DNA of 36,491 bases. Origin: Chiloscyllium plagiosum. Taxonomy: Eukaryota. The stretch covers positions 72,305,236 through 72,341,726 of the forward strand of contig NC_057718.1 of NCBI RefSeq assembly GCF_004010195.1, read 5' to 3'. The position numbers were made by a program, and so were the translations under genes. The notes below the pieces were generated by a model. That model was not told the origin of the DNA. It saw only the letters and a list, made by a program, of their open reading frames with translations, and did not search any database. Shown here in pieces: positions 1-12,129 of this stretch (position 1 is the stretch's first letter; every line of letters starts with the position of its first letter).

Positions 1-1071
1 AAGAAGACTATGTTATTAGATAGTCTTTATAAATCCGATAGAGAATGTAGTGTCCTACGACCAGTGGGGGTATCTTCCGTCAGTACTATTTATCATTTAC
101 TACATGATGAAGTATCGGGAGATATGGATAATCTGCTTAAAACATGGGATCAGGAATTGGGACTAGAAATCTCTACAGATATGTGGAATGACATTTGGGA
201 AAACGCCAGATGAATCACCATCTGTAACAGAACTCAGGCTATCCAGCTGAAGATATTTCATAGGGCCCATATAGCACCGGATCGATTGGCAAAATTTAAG
301 GCAGGGGCATCTCCAATGTGTCCCAAATGTAAATTAGAGGTGGGCACTCTTGTACATTGCCTATGGACCTGTCATAAGGTTGACAGAAATTTTAGGAACG
401 GAAATTAAAGTGGACCCTGTATCTCTCCTTTTGGGCTTTTCGAACTTTCCCTCCCTGGATATGCACGGGAAGAGACTATTTTCTATTCTCTCTTTCTGTG
501 CAAGGAAAAATATTTTGGTAAACTGGGTGGCTGAGGGCCCCCCTGGACTTTCAAATTGGCACAGATTAATTATGGAATGTATTCCCCTTGACTTCCTTAC
601 AAATATGGTGCACCGAAAGACCGAATTATTTTATAAAATATGGCAGCCCTTCTTGAATTATATGAATACAAGGGTTTTTATTTAATTGAGATTACAAACC
701 TGGCTGGTCTGGGGCTCCTTGGGAGAGGAATCCTGCACAAATACGGGTTTTGTTACATTTGATGTTAACACATTCCGAGCATATATCTCACTACCCAATT
801 TCTATGTTATCCATTTTTTTTGTTTTTTTTTCTCTTTCTTTTATTGAATAATGTAAGAGACTTAAATATACACTCTGGTTAGTTGTAGGTTAGATTAGTA
901 GTTAGTTGAGTTTTGTTTTCTTTCTCTCTCTGTATTTCTCTTTTGTTAAACTTTGGTTATTATATATTTAAGATTTAATTGTATATCAATGTTTGTACTT
1001 AAGAGTTTTGTTTATTTTCGTAAACTTGTAAAAATGTTAAACTTCTAATAAAAATATCTATTTAAAAAAAA
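1..1071 (+). mobile_element. L1-clade LINE 3' end (ORF2 C-terminal zinc-binding region, 3' UTR, polyA)
   Basis: Frame reads TWDQELG...WNDIW...QLKIFHR...CPKC...TLVHCLWTC with a stop and a deletion. A T-rich UTR follows, then aataaa and an A-tail at about 1047-1071. Confidence 0.85.
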
Positions 1072-1114
1072 GATAAGCCCTCCAGTCCAGGCAGCATCCT
1101 GGTAAATCTCCTTT

Positions 1115-1510
1115 CTTGGTGTTTAGCTGAGATGTCATTGGAGCCTAATTACTGAGTGGGCCCCCTGTTGTTCTTCGGTGGGCAGACTTTATACAGTGGT
1201 CTTTCCCCACCGCGCCTTGGCGGCAGGTGCCCCAAGCTTCAGCACGTCCCTCAGCACATTGTCCTGGACCTTGGGATGTGCCAGTATGCAACACTCAGTC
1301 AGGGTCACGTCTTTTAGCTGGAAGACTAACAGGTTTTGGACAGACCAAAGAGCATTCTTCACCGAGTTGATGATCCTCCAGGCACAGTTGATGTCCGTCT
1401 CAGTGTGCAACCCGGGGAACAGACCATCGAGCACGGAGTCCCACGTCACGGAGCTGCTTGGGACAAACCTTGACAAACACCACTGCCTCCCCCTCCAGAC
1501 TTCCTTCTGG
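1115..1510 (-). mobile_element. Tx1-like LINE ORF2 C-terminal fragment
   Basis: ORF 1189-1476 (-) has 'VLDGLFPG...CAWRIINSVKNALW...VQDNVLRD...W', typical of the C-terminus of Tx1-type ORF2. Confidence 0.7.
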
Positions 1511-2224
1511 ATTTTAAAGCGAGTGTCAGGGATTTGTTTTACTTAACCACCAGAAGTTATTGAAAAGCAGGTTATACCATTTTTCACACTCCTTTTACAG
1601 ATTATAGGAGAGGTGCTTCTCTTTGGATGTGTTAGTTTTGGTTCTCAGAGGGGAGTCAATCTCTGCTTTATAACTCTATCAACATTTTGGCACTGAGATC
1701 TTTTACGAGCAGGACTGGTAACTGGGTGGATGTTGAATTAATTAATTAAGGGCAGATTGGTGCTGGGTAGCCAATCACAGAGAATGTCAGCAAAAGAGAG
1801 GAAGATAAAAATGAACCAGTTCTGACAAGGGCTTTGAAGCCTTGAGTACATTTTGAAAAAGCTTCCGGACAATGCTGCTGTTTTTTGCTCACTCATTCTT
1901 TTGTTTTGATGCATTGTCGATTTGTTCTGATAAGAAAACCCCTCTCTAAGAAATGAGTGAATGATTCTTGAAGTTTACTGGCCGTGTTTGCATTTGTCAG
2001 TGACTTTGAAATTCAAGGAAATCGTACAGTTTAATTGGCTGTGAAAAGCTGCATTAACCAAGGATTTCTGAAGGCCTGAGTACCCATCATGAAACTGATG
2101 AACTGACAAATTACAATTCTTTATTTATTTCTCTTCATTTATCCTTTAAGTATGTATATGGGCAGGGGCTCTGGTTAAAGAAGACTAGGCTGATATTATT
2201 GATATTAAGTAGATTGTCTTGTTC

Positions 2225-3090
2225 AATAAGATCATAAGATACAGGAGCTGAATTACATTGTTTAGTCTATAGAGTCTGCTCTGCATTTTGATCATGGCTG
2301 GTACGTTTCTCAAGTCCATTCTCCAGCCTTCTCTCCATAACCCCCGATCCCCTTGTTGATCTAAAACCTATCTCGGTCTTAAATGCACTCAGTGACTTGG
2401 CCTCCACAGCCTTCTGGAGCAATGAGTTCCACAGATTAACCCCTCATCTAGCTGAAAAATGTCACTTTATTTCACTTCAAAAGGGTAGCATCTTCACTCT
2501 GAGACTGTGCCCTCAGGTCCTAGTCTCCACTATTCATGGAAACATCATCTTCACATCCACTTTAAGTTAGCCTCTCAGTATTCTCTAAGTTTCACTCAGA
2601 CAACCCAACATTCTTCTAAACTCCATTTAGTACAGACCCAGCAACCTCAACTCCTCCTCATATGACAAGTCCTTCATGCTTGCAAACTTTTTTGGGACCT
2701 CCTCCAATGCCTTTCCTTAGATATCAGGCTTAAAACTGTTCTCAATATTCCAAATGCAGTCTGACCAGAGCCTGATACAGCCTCAACAGTACATCTCTAC
2801 CCTTGTATTCTAGTACTCTTGAAATTAATGCTAACATTGCATTTGCCTTTCTGACTGCCAATTGAACCTGCATGTTAAACTTGAGATAATTCTGAACTAG
2901 GTCTCCCAAATGCCTTTGTGCTTCAGATTTCTGAAGCCTTTCCCCATTTAGAAAATAGTCTATGCCTCTTTTCTTCCCACCCAAGTGCACAGCCTCACAC
3001 TTTCCCACATTCTATTTCATTTGTCACTTCTTTGCCAACTCTCCTACCCTGTTCAAGTCCTCCTCTAGCTTCTCTGCTTCCTCAACACTA
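2225..3090 (-). mobile_element. CR1 LINE 3' fragment
   Basis: ORF 2742-3008 (-) reads KCEAVHLG...KANAMLALI.R..EYK..DVLLRLYQALVRLHLEY. A tail 'ataagatcataaga' lies at about 2226. Confidence 0.85.
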
Positions 3091-3621
3091 CTCTCTAGCT
3101 TTTCTTGTTGTTATTTATCCTCGTTCTACTAAAGTTACTTTTATAATAATTAAATTATCAATTTCTGTTCAATTTATAAACTTGGCGTCAAATATCTGTC
3201 TTTCTTAAAATGTGGAAAGGAACAACTGAGTGATTTTGATGGTCTTTGTTTAATTTTACTGTGTTACAAATCCAAGGATAGGTAAGCTGATTTTGTTTGG
3301 CTTACTGTCTCCATGTCATAGCACTTTAAGCAGAACAGTGATGTTATTGAAAACCAATACAACAGGCTGAAACAAAATATTACATCACATGGCACGGCAA
3401 GCACAGGGTATAAAGAAAGAACTTCATGTGCAACTGGCCGCTACAATTAGGGTAGAGCAGCCTGCTTCAGAAGACATGCCAGGAGAACTGTTAATGGACT
3501 GACTGCCTGAGACAGATCATGGTCCATGGCACTTCAAAGCATCTAGTGACATTGTGAGTACGTTCTATTGTTCAATAGTTTAAAAAGGTGTGCCACATTA
3601 AGTGAAATGGATGCAAGTTAT

Positions 3622-3726
3622 TGAGTGGAGTTTTGTCTTGCACCCTACCTCTGCACCAGGAAGCCTAGCTTCAAGTCCTACCTGCTCCAGAGGTGTGCAA
3701 TAACATTTGTTGATTAGAAAATATCC
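3622..3726 (+). mobile_element. Short degenerate tRNA-derived SINE
   Basis: B-box-like gcttcaagtcc followed by acctgctccagagg...gattagaaaatatc. A related copy lies at about 23161-23276. Confidence 0.45.
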
Positions 3727-4393
3727 ACAACTTATTGTGTGTAATTGATATCTGGGCCACAACCTTTAAACACAATGAGGGTATTACAGTATAACATACT
3801 GAACAGAAAGAAACTGATCAAATCTACATTCTAGAAAAAGGCAAATTTACATGGTGATATAATGTACCTTTATAAAGTTTGTAAATAAAATCAATTTTTG
3901 AAGAAGAATGGAATGGCAAACTATAGTTAAGAGAGATACAAAATACTGGGATCTTTTTTGCAAATCAAAGTTAAGAGGAGATCCAACATGAGATTGTAAC
4001 ACATTAGGGTTATTCGCATAAAACAGATTTCTTTGGTTGAGGAGTCAATGATGAAGGAGCCTCAATTTACTATGATCACTGAGGAGCAGAGAAGTTAGGT
4101 AAGCTTTCTCAATAAATTTTGGATGCTTTGTCACAGAGAGTAGTTAAAAAGAAATAATTGCACTTTCTGGAAAATTGTATAACTATTTGATGCAAAGGAT
4201 GACCTAGGGAACTGAGGAAACAGCAGGTCAGCTGAGTTAATTTTAGATCATTCTAGCTAAGATATTGCAAGGTGGAGTAAAATACAATGATAGTATACAG
4301 ACAATTGCTCAACAGTACTTCTGACAATGTAATATTTGCACAGTATTGTCAGCCTAGTACGTTTGAAGTGATGAATGGGTCCGTCCACCTCCG

Positions 4394-4600
4394 AGGAGAA
4401 AGTGATGATTGCACATGCTGAAGATCAGAGTTGTGAGTATGGTGCTAGAAAAGCACAGCAGATGAGGCAGCATCCAAGGGATAGGAGAATCAACACTTTG
4501 GGCACAAGCCCTTCATCAGGAAGGGCTTATGCACGAAACATCGATTCTCCAGCTCCTTTGCTGCTGCCCAACCTGACGCGCTTTTCCAGCACCATACACT
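4394..4600. mobile_element. Palindromic Penelope-terminal-repeat mini-element (family A), apparently inside an old Deu-domain-type SINE relic (about 4305-4645)
   Basis: Inverted arms around cccttcatcaggaaggg, with the same sequence as the 18240-18458 and 29581-29793 copies. The flanks ctgacaatg...gtcagcctag and ttctgactcaagaggc resemble a SacSINE/DeuSINE-like element. Confidence 0.7.
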
Positions 4601-4749
4601 TGACCCCGTATACTTCTGACTCAAGAGGCAAGAATATTACTAAAGTCAATTTGGAACTGAAAGATCTTCTTTCAATCTGCATTACGAAGCTTAAATTAAT
4701 TAGACACTCCTGTTCAGGATTTTGCAATATCTGATATTATTTAATGTTA

Positions 4750-5072
4750 TAGAGTCATAAAGATGTACAGCATGGAAACAGACCCTTCGGTCCAACCTGT
4801 CCATGCCGACCAGATATCCCAACCCAATCTAGTCCCACCTGCCAGCACCCGGCCCATATCCCTCCAAACACTTCCTATTCATATACCCAAATGCCTCTTA
4901 AACGTTAATTATACCAGCCTCCACCACGTCGTCTGGCAGCTCATTCCATACACGTACCACCATCTGCGTGTAAAAGTTGCCCCTTAGATCTCTTTTATAT
5001 CCTAAACCTATGCCCTCTCGTTCTGGACTTCCCGACCCCGGGAAAAGACTTTGTCTATTTATCCTATCCAAT
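4750..5072 (-). mobile_element. CR1 LINE 3' end
   Basis: Reverse complement of the 3' end seen at 5619-5885 and 11803-12120 (gataggataaatagacaaag...gggactagattgggttgggatatctggtcggcatgg). Confidence 0.9.
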
Positions 5073-5218
5073 CCCTTTAGATGTGATGTAACCGTCGACC
5101 ATTAGGGATGTCTTATACACTTTAATTATCACCTAAAAAAAAAATCAACTTGTCTAGACATGGTAAATTTTTCTGTAGATTGCAAAAGAATAAACAAAAT
5201 TGGATTATTGAAACTTAC

Positions 5219-5347
5219 CCTTTGTGCTGACAAAGACTGATTACTTTCTCGTAGAGCAAGAGAAGTAAAGTACTGCACACACTGATCCACTTCAGATTGT
5301 GGTAGAGAGGCCAGCAGATTTCTGAGCTCATCTTCAATGCAGGAGTT
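5219..5347 (-). CDS. SERAC1: SERAC1 internal coding exon (129 nt, phase 0-0; probably human exon 8 equivalent)
   Basis: Minus strand reads tttcctgtgtgtag|AAC TCC...CAA AGG|gtaagt. It translates as [43 protein letters not shown], resembling SERAC1 '[36 protein letters not shown]'. Confidence 0.95.
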
Positions 5348-5467
5348 CTACACACAGGAAACACAAGAACAGGATTTTATATATAAAAACACAATTAATT
5401 GCCTGGAAGGCTGCTTAATGACAAAAGTTTTGGAAAATTATACATTGCCTCCAGGTTCACAAGATGC

Positions 5468-5885
5468 TGAATGGGTTCAGAAAAGATATACAACGATGTT
5501 GCCAGGATTGGAAGATTTGAGTTATAGGGAGAGGCTGAACAGGCCGGGGTTGTTTTCCCTGAAGTGTCAGAGGCTAAAGGATGACCTTATAGAGGTTTAT
5601 AAAATCGTGAGGGGCATGGATAGGATAAATAGACAAAGTCTTTTCCCTGGGGTGGGGAGAGGGGAAATATATAAAAGGGACCTAAGGGGCAACGTTTTCA
5701 TGCAGAGGGTGGTGTACGTATGGAATGAGTTGATTTAAAAGGCATCTGGATGGGTATACGAACAGGAAACGTTTAGAGGAATACGCGCCATGTGCTGGGA
5801 AATGGGACTAGATTAGGTTCAGATAACTAGTCGGCATGGAGGAGTTGGACAAAGGGTCTGTTACCGTGCTGTAAATCTCTATGAA
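5468..5885 (+). mobile_element. CR1 LINE 3' end
   Basis: Reads EWVQKRYTTMLPGLEDLSYRERLNRPGLFSL...DLIEVYKIVRGMDR, followed by the 3' UTR. Confidence 0.9.
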
Positions 5886-7215
5886 TTGAGAATGTGTTGA
5901 TGGAAAAAGCACAAGCAGGTCAGGCAGCATCCAAGGAGCAGGAAAATCGACATTTCGGGCTGAAGTCCTTCATCAGGAAAGAGACTGGGAGCCTTTGAGG
6001 TGGGGAGATAAATGGGAGGGGAGGGTTGGGGTGTGGGGCTGGGAGAAGGTAGCTGAAAGGGCAATGGTTGGATCGAGGTGGGGGTAAAGGTGATATGTCA
6101 GAGAGGAGGGTGGAGCGAATAGGTGGGAAGGAAGATTGACAGGTGGGACAGGTCATGAGGGCAGTGCTGAGCTGGAAGGTTGGAACTGGGGTAAGGTGGG
6201 GGGAGGGGTAATGAGGAAACTAATGAAGTCCACATTGATGCCTGTTTTAAAAAAATTCTCAAGGTCAAGGACCAGGCTCGCAGGAAAGTAGTCTGACACA
6301 GAACATTCTGGTCACATACAGATAAGAAGATTCACACGGGAAGGTGTGTAATAAGATTCACACGGGACTAAGCGACACCTTCCATTTTCGGTTAGATTCA
6401 CACATGTATTGGGACACAATTTTAACCCTTTCACCACAATGCCCTGGGGTTGAAGGATTCCGAGGCAGAAGAAAAGGCGTTCTTCCTCCAGGCGCTGGGT
6501 GGTGAGGGAGTGGCGATGGAGGAGTCCAGGACCTGCATGTCCTTGGCAGACTAGGAGGAGGAGTTGAAATGTTCGGCTGCGGGGTGGTGGGGTTGATTGG
6601 TGAGGATGTCCCAGAGATGTTCTCTAAAGCACTCTGACAGAAGACGTGCAGTCTCCCCAATGTAAAGGAGATTGCATCGGGAACAATGGATACAATAAAT
6701 GACATGTGTGGAGGTGCAAGTGAAACGTTGATGGATGTGGAAGGCTCCTTTGGGGCCTTGGACGGAGGTGGGGGGGGGTGTGGGCACAGGTTTTGCAATT
6801 CCTGTGGTGGCAGGGGGAAGGTGCCAGGAAGGGAGGGTGGCGTGGGCCTGACCAGGTAGTCATGGAGGGAACAGTCTTTGCTGAAAGCAGATAGAGGTGG
6901 GGAGGGAAATATATCCCTCATCATCCGCCAACATTTCCGCCACCTAAAAACGGACCCTACCATCATGAATATATTTCTTTCCCCATCCCTATCCGCAAAG
7001 ACCGTTCCCTCTGCGAATACCTGGTCAGATCTGCGTCCACTAACAAGCCACCCTCCCTTCCTGGCACCTTCCCCTGCTACCGCAGGAATTGCAAAACCTG
7101 CACTCACACCTCCCCCCTTACCTCCAAGGTCCCGAAGGAGGCTTCCACATCCAAAGTTTCACCTGCACTTCCACATGTCATTTATTGTATTCGTTGCTCC
7201 TGATGCGGTCTCCTC
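5886..7215 (-). mobile_element. Penelope-like element (family A): terminal repeat plus GIY-YIG endonuclease region, with an inverted segment
   Basis: ORF 6551-6787 (-) reads FTCTSTHVIYCIHCSRCNLLYIGETARLLSECFREH (GIY-YIG). Segment 6915-7215 repeats part of it on the + strand. The terminal repeat at about 5886-5980 has CTGATGA...GAAA on the - strand. Confidence 0.85.
6243..6438. mobile_element. Candidate solo LTR inserted in the Penelope copy
   Basis: Begins TG, ends CA, and is flanked by a 5-bp duplication atgcc (6238-6242 and 6439-6443). Removing it restores the Penelope sequence. Confidence 0.65.
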
Positions 7216-7419
7216 TGGCCTCTTAGGTCAAAATTGCTGGAAGTAGCCAAAAACATAAGCTCCAGAAATGCAGTTGTCACATTTGGATTCAATGTCACAA
7301 GAAGCTCAAATATCACGACTGCGCTGATTGACATCCCATCTTCAAATGTCAACTCCACACTCTGCCTCTCTCAGCATCCAATTGCAGAGCACAACTTTAA
7401 CCAATTCATCTTACACTGA

Positions 7420-7780
7420 TGTGGAGGTGCAGGTGTTGGACGGAGGTGGACAAAGTTAAAAATCACACAATATCAGATTATAGTCCAACAGGTTTATTTG
7501 GAAGTACAGGACTAACTTTCAGAGCACTGCTCCTTCATCAGGTAGCTAGTGGAATAGGATGATAGGACACAGAATTTATAGCAAAAGATCATAGTGTCAT
7601 ACAGTGATGCGATATATTGAACAAATCTAGATTGCTGTTAAATCTTTCATCTTTTAGAACAGGTTTTAATTCATTAATATGTAAATCCCAGGACTGCTTT
7701 CAAGTCACATTCCAGACATAACAAGGTCTTATAGAAAAAAGGTGACATCTCAGCTCAGACAATGCATTAAAGGTGTGAGC
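7420..7780 (-). mobile_element. Penelope-like terminal region (family B) with hammerhead motif
   Basis: Shares ggaggtg...caaagttaaaa...atagtccaacaggtttatttggaag...ccttcatcagg with 25685-25800, which is linked to a GIY-YIG fragment. Confidence 0.75.
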
Positions 7781-9404
7781 TCCTAAGTTATTGCAAGTGT
7801 GTCAGTAGTACATCAATTATCTCTGCTTTTCAAGCTCTGTCAGACAATGCTTCCTCCAGTTTACCCGCAAAGTTAATCAAACTGAGTTTTGAAAATTTCC
7901 TTAAAACTAGAGGGAGAACTCTGCCACTTGCTGGAAATCCTTTGCACTCCCGGTTCCATGTTTTAAGTATAGCAAAGAATCTGCTTTGTCCTTGACTTGT
8001 ATTATTTACTAATATTACATCCCAAATCTTCATTGCTTCTGTTTCAAATCCATTCCTGGTCAAGAGCTCTCACATCTTGTCATGACTTGCTGGGGTATGA
8101 TTTGGAGGTGTTTACCACAACTGTTGACTGTCATCACACTCTCAACTATCAGAACATTTAGTGACAAGTACCAGGTATAGCAGGAGAAGTGGTGATAGCA
8201 CAAGTATAGGCAGCCCCATGGTCTGATGCTAACTCCCTGCTTGTTCTCCTCCAGATTGTGATTGTACAGGGTGGAAGATTCTCCTTCCGTGGGATGGTAA
8301 GAAGCAATACCCCCAACTGACGAAGTATGACTATACTGGAAGGTCAATAAACAAGTAGTATTGGCTTGTTGTTGTCAGCTTTCATTTTTGGTAATATATG
8401 CATGCGGCATGCATGAATACAAGAAACAGTCGTCTGTTGTGAGTTCTTAACATGCTCATGGAACCTGTTTATGAATCTGCATAACTTTCCACAATGTGGG
8501 CAAGGACTGAACTACAGACCCACAAAATGCTGAATGACTTTATGCGTTGAGGGCAAGTAAAACTTAACATTAGAATGGCCACGTGCTATGGAGATAATTA
8601 GACATAAGACTGCATGAGTGCATTGTGTGCATTCACCATGACAACTCAGGAATCCTCAACATCCCAAGGTTTTGGGAGGCTGACAGATGGGTTGGAAAGG
8701 TTAAAGGACACAGGACATGCAGCATGAGGCACAGCTGAAAAGCACTAAAGCCTGTGGAAATCAAGGGTTTAATCCCTCCAAATTCCTCTGCATAGTATTT
8801 TCCCATTATAGTCTTTTTCTACGATGAAAACAATGCACAAGAGAGGACAAGATCATTTCACACATTGCACTGCCCTTGCCCAACTCTCTATCCTTGAGCC
8901 ATGGCCTCCTGCCTTTGGTTCCCCTTCAGTCATGCCTGGCCATCCATTTAACAGCTGAATGGCAAGATAGCCATCAAATCACAGCATTTCCCTGAGTGTT
9001 GAAGCACTGACTGAGAACTCCACAGCATTGCCTCTGCTTTTGAGCTGCAGCTTGAGCCCAACCCAGTTATTCTCAGAACAACTTGGGTTCCAAATCAGCC
9101 ATGATGAAGACCTTCAACCTGTACTTTTGTTGCTGCTTGGTCAAGGTCTGTGATCTGGAGGGGCTCAGGATTAAGTAATTGACTGCTGAGTACATAAAAT
9201 AATAACATAATTTGAAACAGATTTTCATATCTTATGATGGACCGTATTATGCAAAGTTTATGAATTACTTATTACTTACCTTATTCAATACAAAACATTG
9301 ACAAATCAAATATCACCATGTTCTATGAGCTGTCCAAAGGAATCATCATCCTCATTTAGGAAACTGGTGAACAGCACCATGTATTTAAAAATCTAGAATA
9401 CAAT

Positions 9405-10005
9405 TATGCTACTATGGTAAGGGTTATAAACCACAAACACAAATGTCAATGCAAATCCAGATTTAAATCTGGTAAAATGGCATTGCCACTCCCTTCTCCA
9501 CGGAACTTCATTCAACTTTGTTTCTGCAATTCTGATTACCATTAATTCTAGAATGGCCCTACAGCTGTAGCATCAGCATGAATTGAAACGGCTTCACACC
9601 AGCTTTACTGCTGCTATATAAATATATACTAATTCAACTCCACTTTACACAAACAGTATCACTTTGCTGAAAATGACAGATAACAAGCAATACAAATAGA
9701 TTTACTGACCTCAATTATTCTTGGTGATGGAGGATGTAAAAAAAAGCGAAAGTCAACATCCTGTGATCGGGCTAGCCCAATGCTTGTTTTCTGATCTAAT
9801 GCTTGGGCCAGCGTTCTGTACTGATAATCTGCAAACAAAGAAAATATATGCTATTATGGTAAGGGTCATACAAAGCAGCTTTGCTTGCACAAACACAAAT
9901 GTCAATGCAAATCCAGATTTAAATCTGGTAAAATGTCATTGCCACTCCCTCCTCCAAGGAACTTCATTCAACTTTGTTTCTGCAAATCTGATTACCATTA
10001 ATTCT
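9405..10005. repeat. Pair of direct repeats of about 145-160 bp (9405-9549 and 9847-10005) flanking the 119-nt SERAC1 exon
   Basis: Both copies read tatgcta.tatggtaaggg...cacaaacacaaatgtcaatgcaaatccagatttaaatctggtaaaatg.cattgccactccc...attaccattaattct with few mismatches. Confidence 0.95.
9710..9828 (-). CDS. SERAC1: SERAC1 internal coding exon (119 nt, phase 1-0; probably human exon 7 equivalent)
   Basis: Minus strand reads ctttgtttgcag|AT TAT CAG...ATT GAG|gtcagt. It translates as (D)[39 protein letters not shown], resembling SERAC1 '[29 protein letters not shown].PP'. Confidence 0.95.
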
Positions 10006-10305
10006 GTGGTTAGCACTCCTGCCTCACAGCGCCAGAGACCCGGGTTCAATTCCCGCCTCGGGAAACTGTCTGTGTGGAGTTTGCACATTCTCCATGTCTG
10101 CATGGGTTTCCTCCGGGTGCTCCAGTTTCCTCCCACAGTCCAAAAATGTGCAGGTTAGGTGAATTGGCCATGCTAAATTGCCCGTAGTGTTAGGTGAAGA
10201 GGTAAATGTAGGGGAATGGATCTGGTGGGTTGCTCTTCGGAGGGTTGGTGTGGATTTGTTGGGCCAAAGGGCCTGTTTCCACACTGTCAGTAAGTACGTA
10301 ATCTT
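10006..10305 (+). mobile_element. HE1-type V-SINE, 5'-truncated
   Basis: gtggttagcact...gggttcaattccc (tRNA head), V-domain tgtgtggagtttgcacattctc..., tail gggcctgtttccacactgt. Confidence 0.9.
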
Positions 10306-11039
10306 AATACTAATACTGTGTTGATAGTGAACACTCTACTAAACCAATTTTCACGCAAAGTTAGAATGATATTATATTTTTATGAGAAATTACAAACCAT
10401 TACAAATCGTACAACACTGGACACTCTTCATCATGTCTTTGCTACTGCTATTGGAAGCATTAACAAATAATCCCTTTTGTACTTTTCCTATCCCCCTTCA
10501 AACTTCCCCCTTTCATGTGTTTGTTCTTTTAACATTATATTTGAACCTACTTCCAGTACCCTTTCAGTGAGTGCTTTCCAGATCATAAACAACCAATACA
10601 TCAAGAAATTTCATCTTATTTCCCCATCGGATCTTTTTTAACAAATGCTTTAGATCTTTGTATTAATCAATAATTCTCCCGCAAGTGGAAGAAGCTTCTC
10701 CATTTCTTTTTTATCAAAGCACCTCATAATTTAGAATGTCTCTTTTAAAACATCCAATTATACTCTGCTTGAAGAAGAATAATTCCAGCTTCTCTGGTCT
10801 TACCAATTAATTATAGTTTCTGATAGCTTTTTTCTTTAAATTCCCTCCAAAGCCTTGACATTTGACTGAAAGTATGATATCCAGAATTGGACAAAATAAT
10901 GTTGCTGAGGTCTAAACAGTTATATCTATAAAGGTTAATATAATTTCTTATTTTTAAAGCCAAGGACCTCAAGTGCTTTAACAACCTGGTCCAATCTGTA
11001 GTGATTATACTGAGATCAGCTATGTGGATTTCATAGAAT

Positions 11040-11140
11040 ATGAGTTCCTGATTGGGGCTGTCAACCTGGCCCAATTAACAGACGTGTCAGGGGTTCTGTT
11101 CACTCCTGGAGCCAGCTATGAGCTAGCAGTGGACCCGTAG
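11040..11140 (+). mobile_element. Possible LTR remnant of the Gypsy element whose pol lies at 12130-12753
   Basis: cctgattggggctgtcaacctgg.ccaat...gtgtcaggggttctgttcactc resembles shark LTR sequences as I recall them. Its position upstream of the pol relic is consistent. Confidence 0.35.
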
Positions 11141-11149
11141 CTTTTTCAA

Positions 11150-12121
11150 TTAGTGCTGGGTCTGCTACTTTTCATCATTTATATAAATGATTTGGGTGTG
11201 AGCATAACAAGTATAATTAGTAAGTTTGCAGATGACACCAAAATTGGAGGTGTAGTGTACAGCAAAGAAGGTTACCTCAGATTACAATGGGATTTTGATC
11301 AGATGGGCCAATGGGTTGAGATGTGGCAGATGGTGTTTAATCTAGATAAATGTGAGGTGCTGCATTTTGGGAAAGCAAATCTTAGCAGGACTTATACACT
11401 TAATGCTAAGGTCCTAGGGAATGTTGCTGAACAAAGAGACCTTGGAGTACAGGTTCATAGCTCCTTGAAAGTGGAGTCGCAGGTAGATAGGATAGTGAAG
11501 GAGGCATTTGGTATGCTTTCCTTTATTGATCAGAGTACTGAGTACAGGAATTGGGAGGTCATGTTGCAGCTGTACAGGACATTGGTTAGGCCACTGTTGG
11601 AATATTGCATGCAATTCTGGTCTCCTTCCTAGCTGAAGGACGTTGTGAAACTTGAAAGGGTTCAGAAAAGATTTACAAGGATGTTGCCAGGGTTGGAGGA
11701 TTTGAGCTATAGGGAGAGGTTGAATAGGCTAGGGCTGTTTTCCCTGTAGTGTTGGAAGCTGAGGGGTGACCTTATAGAGGTTTATAAAATCATGAGGAGC
11801 ATGGATAGGATAAATAGACAAAGTTTTTTCCCTGGAGTGGGGGAGTCCAGAACTGGAAGGCATAGGTTTAGGGTGAGAGGGGAAAGATATAAAAGGGGCA
11901 ATGTTTTCACGCAGAGGATGGTACATGTATGGAATGAGCTGCTGGAGGAAGTGGTGGAGGCTAGTACAATTGCAAAATTTAAAAAGCATCTGGACGGGTA
12001 TATGAATAGGAAGGGTTTGGATGGATTTGGGCCAGGTGCTGGCAGGTGGGACTAGATTGGGTTGGGATATCTGGTCGGCATGGACAAGTTGGACCGTGCT
12101 GTACATCTCCATGACTATGAC
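11150..12121 (+). mobile_element. CR1 LINE, 5'-truncated (RT C-terminal half plus 3' UTR)
   Basis: LLFIIYINDL...ISKFADDTKIGG...KCEVLHFG...LVRPLLEYCMQFWSP, ending in a ctatgact-type tail. Confidence 0.95.
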
Positions 12122-12129
12122 CTGAGGCA

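Noticed and set aside
6325..6405. CRISPR-like repeat-spacer pattern (agattcacac x3)
   Set aside because: The repeats are too short and irregular, the context is eukaryotic, and there are no cas genes.
6358..7107. 249-aa minus-strand ORF
   Set aside because: Off-frame reading across the Penelope inversion and the solo-LTR candidate.
9721..10158. 145-aa plus-strand ORF
   Set aside because: Antisense shadow of the SERAC1 exon running into a repeat and a SINE.
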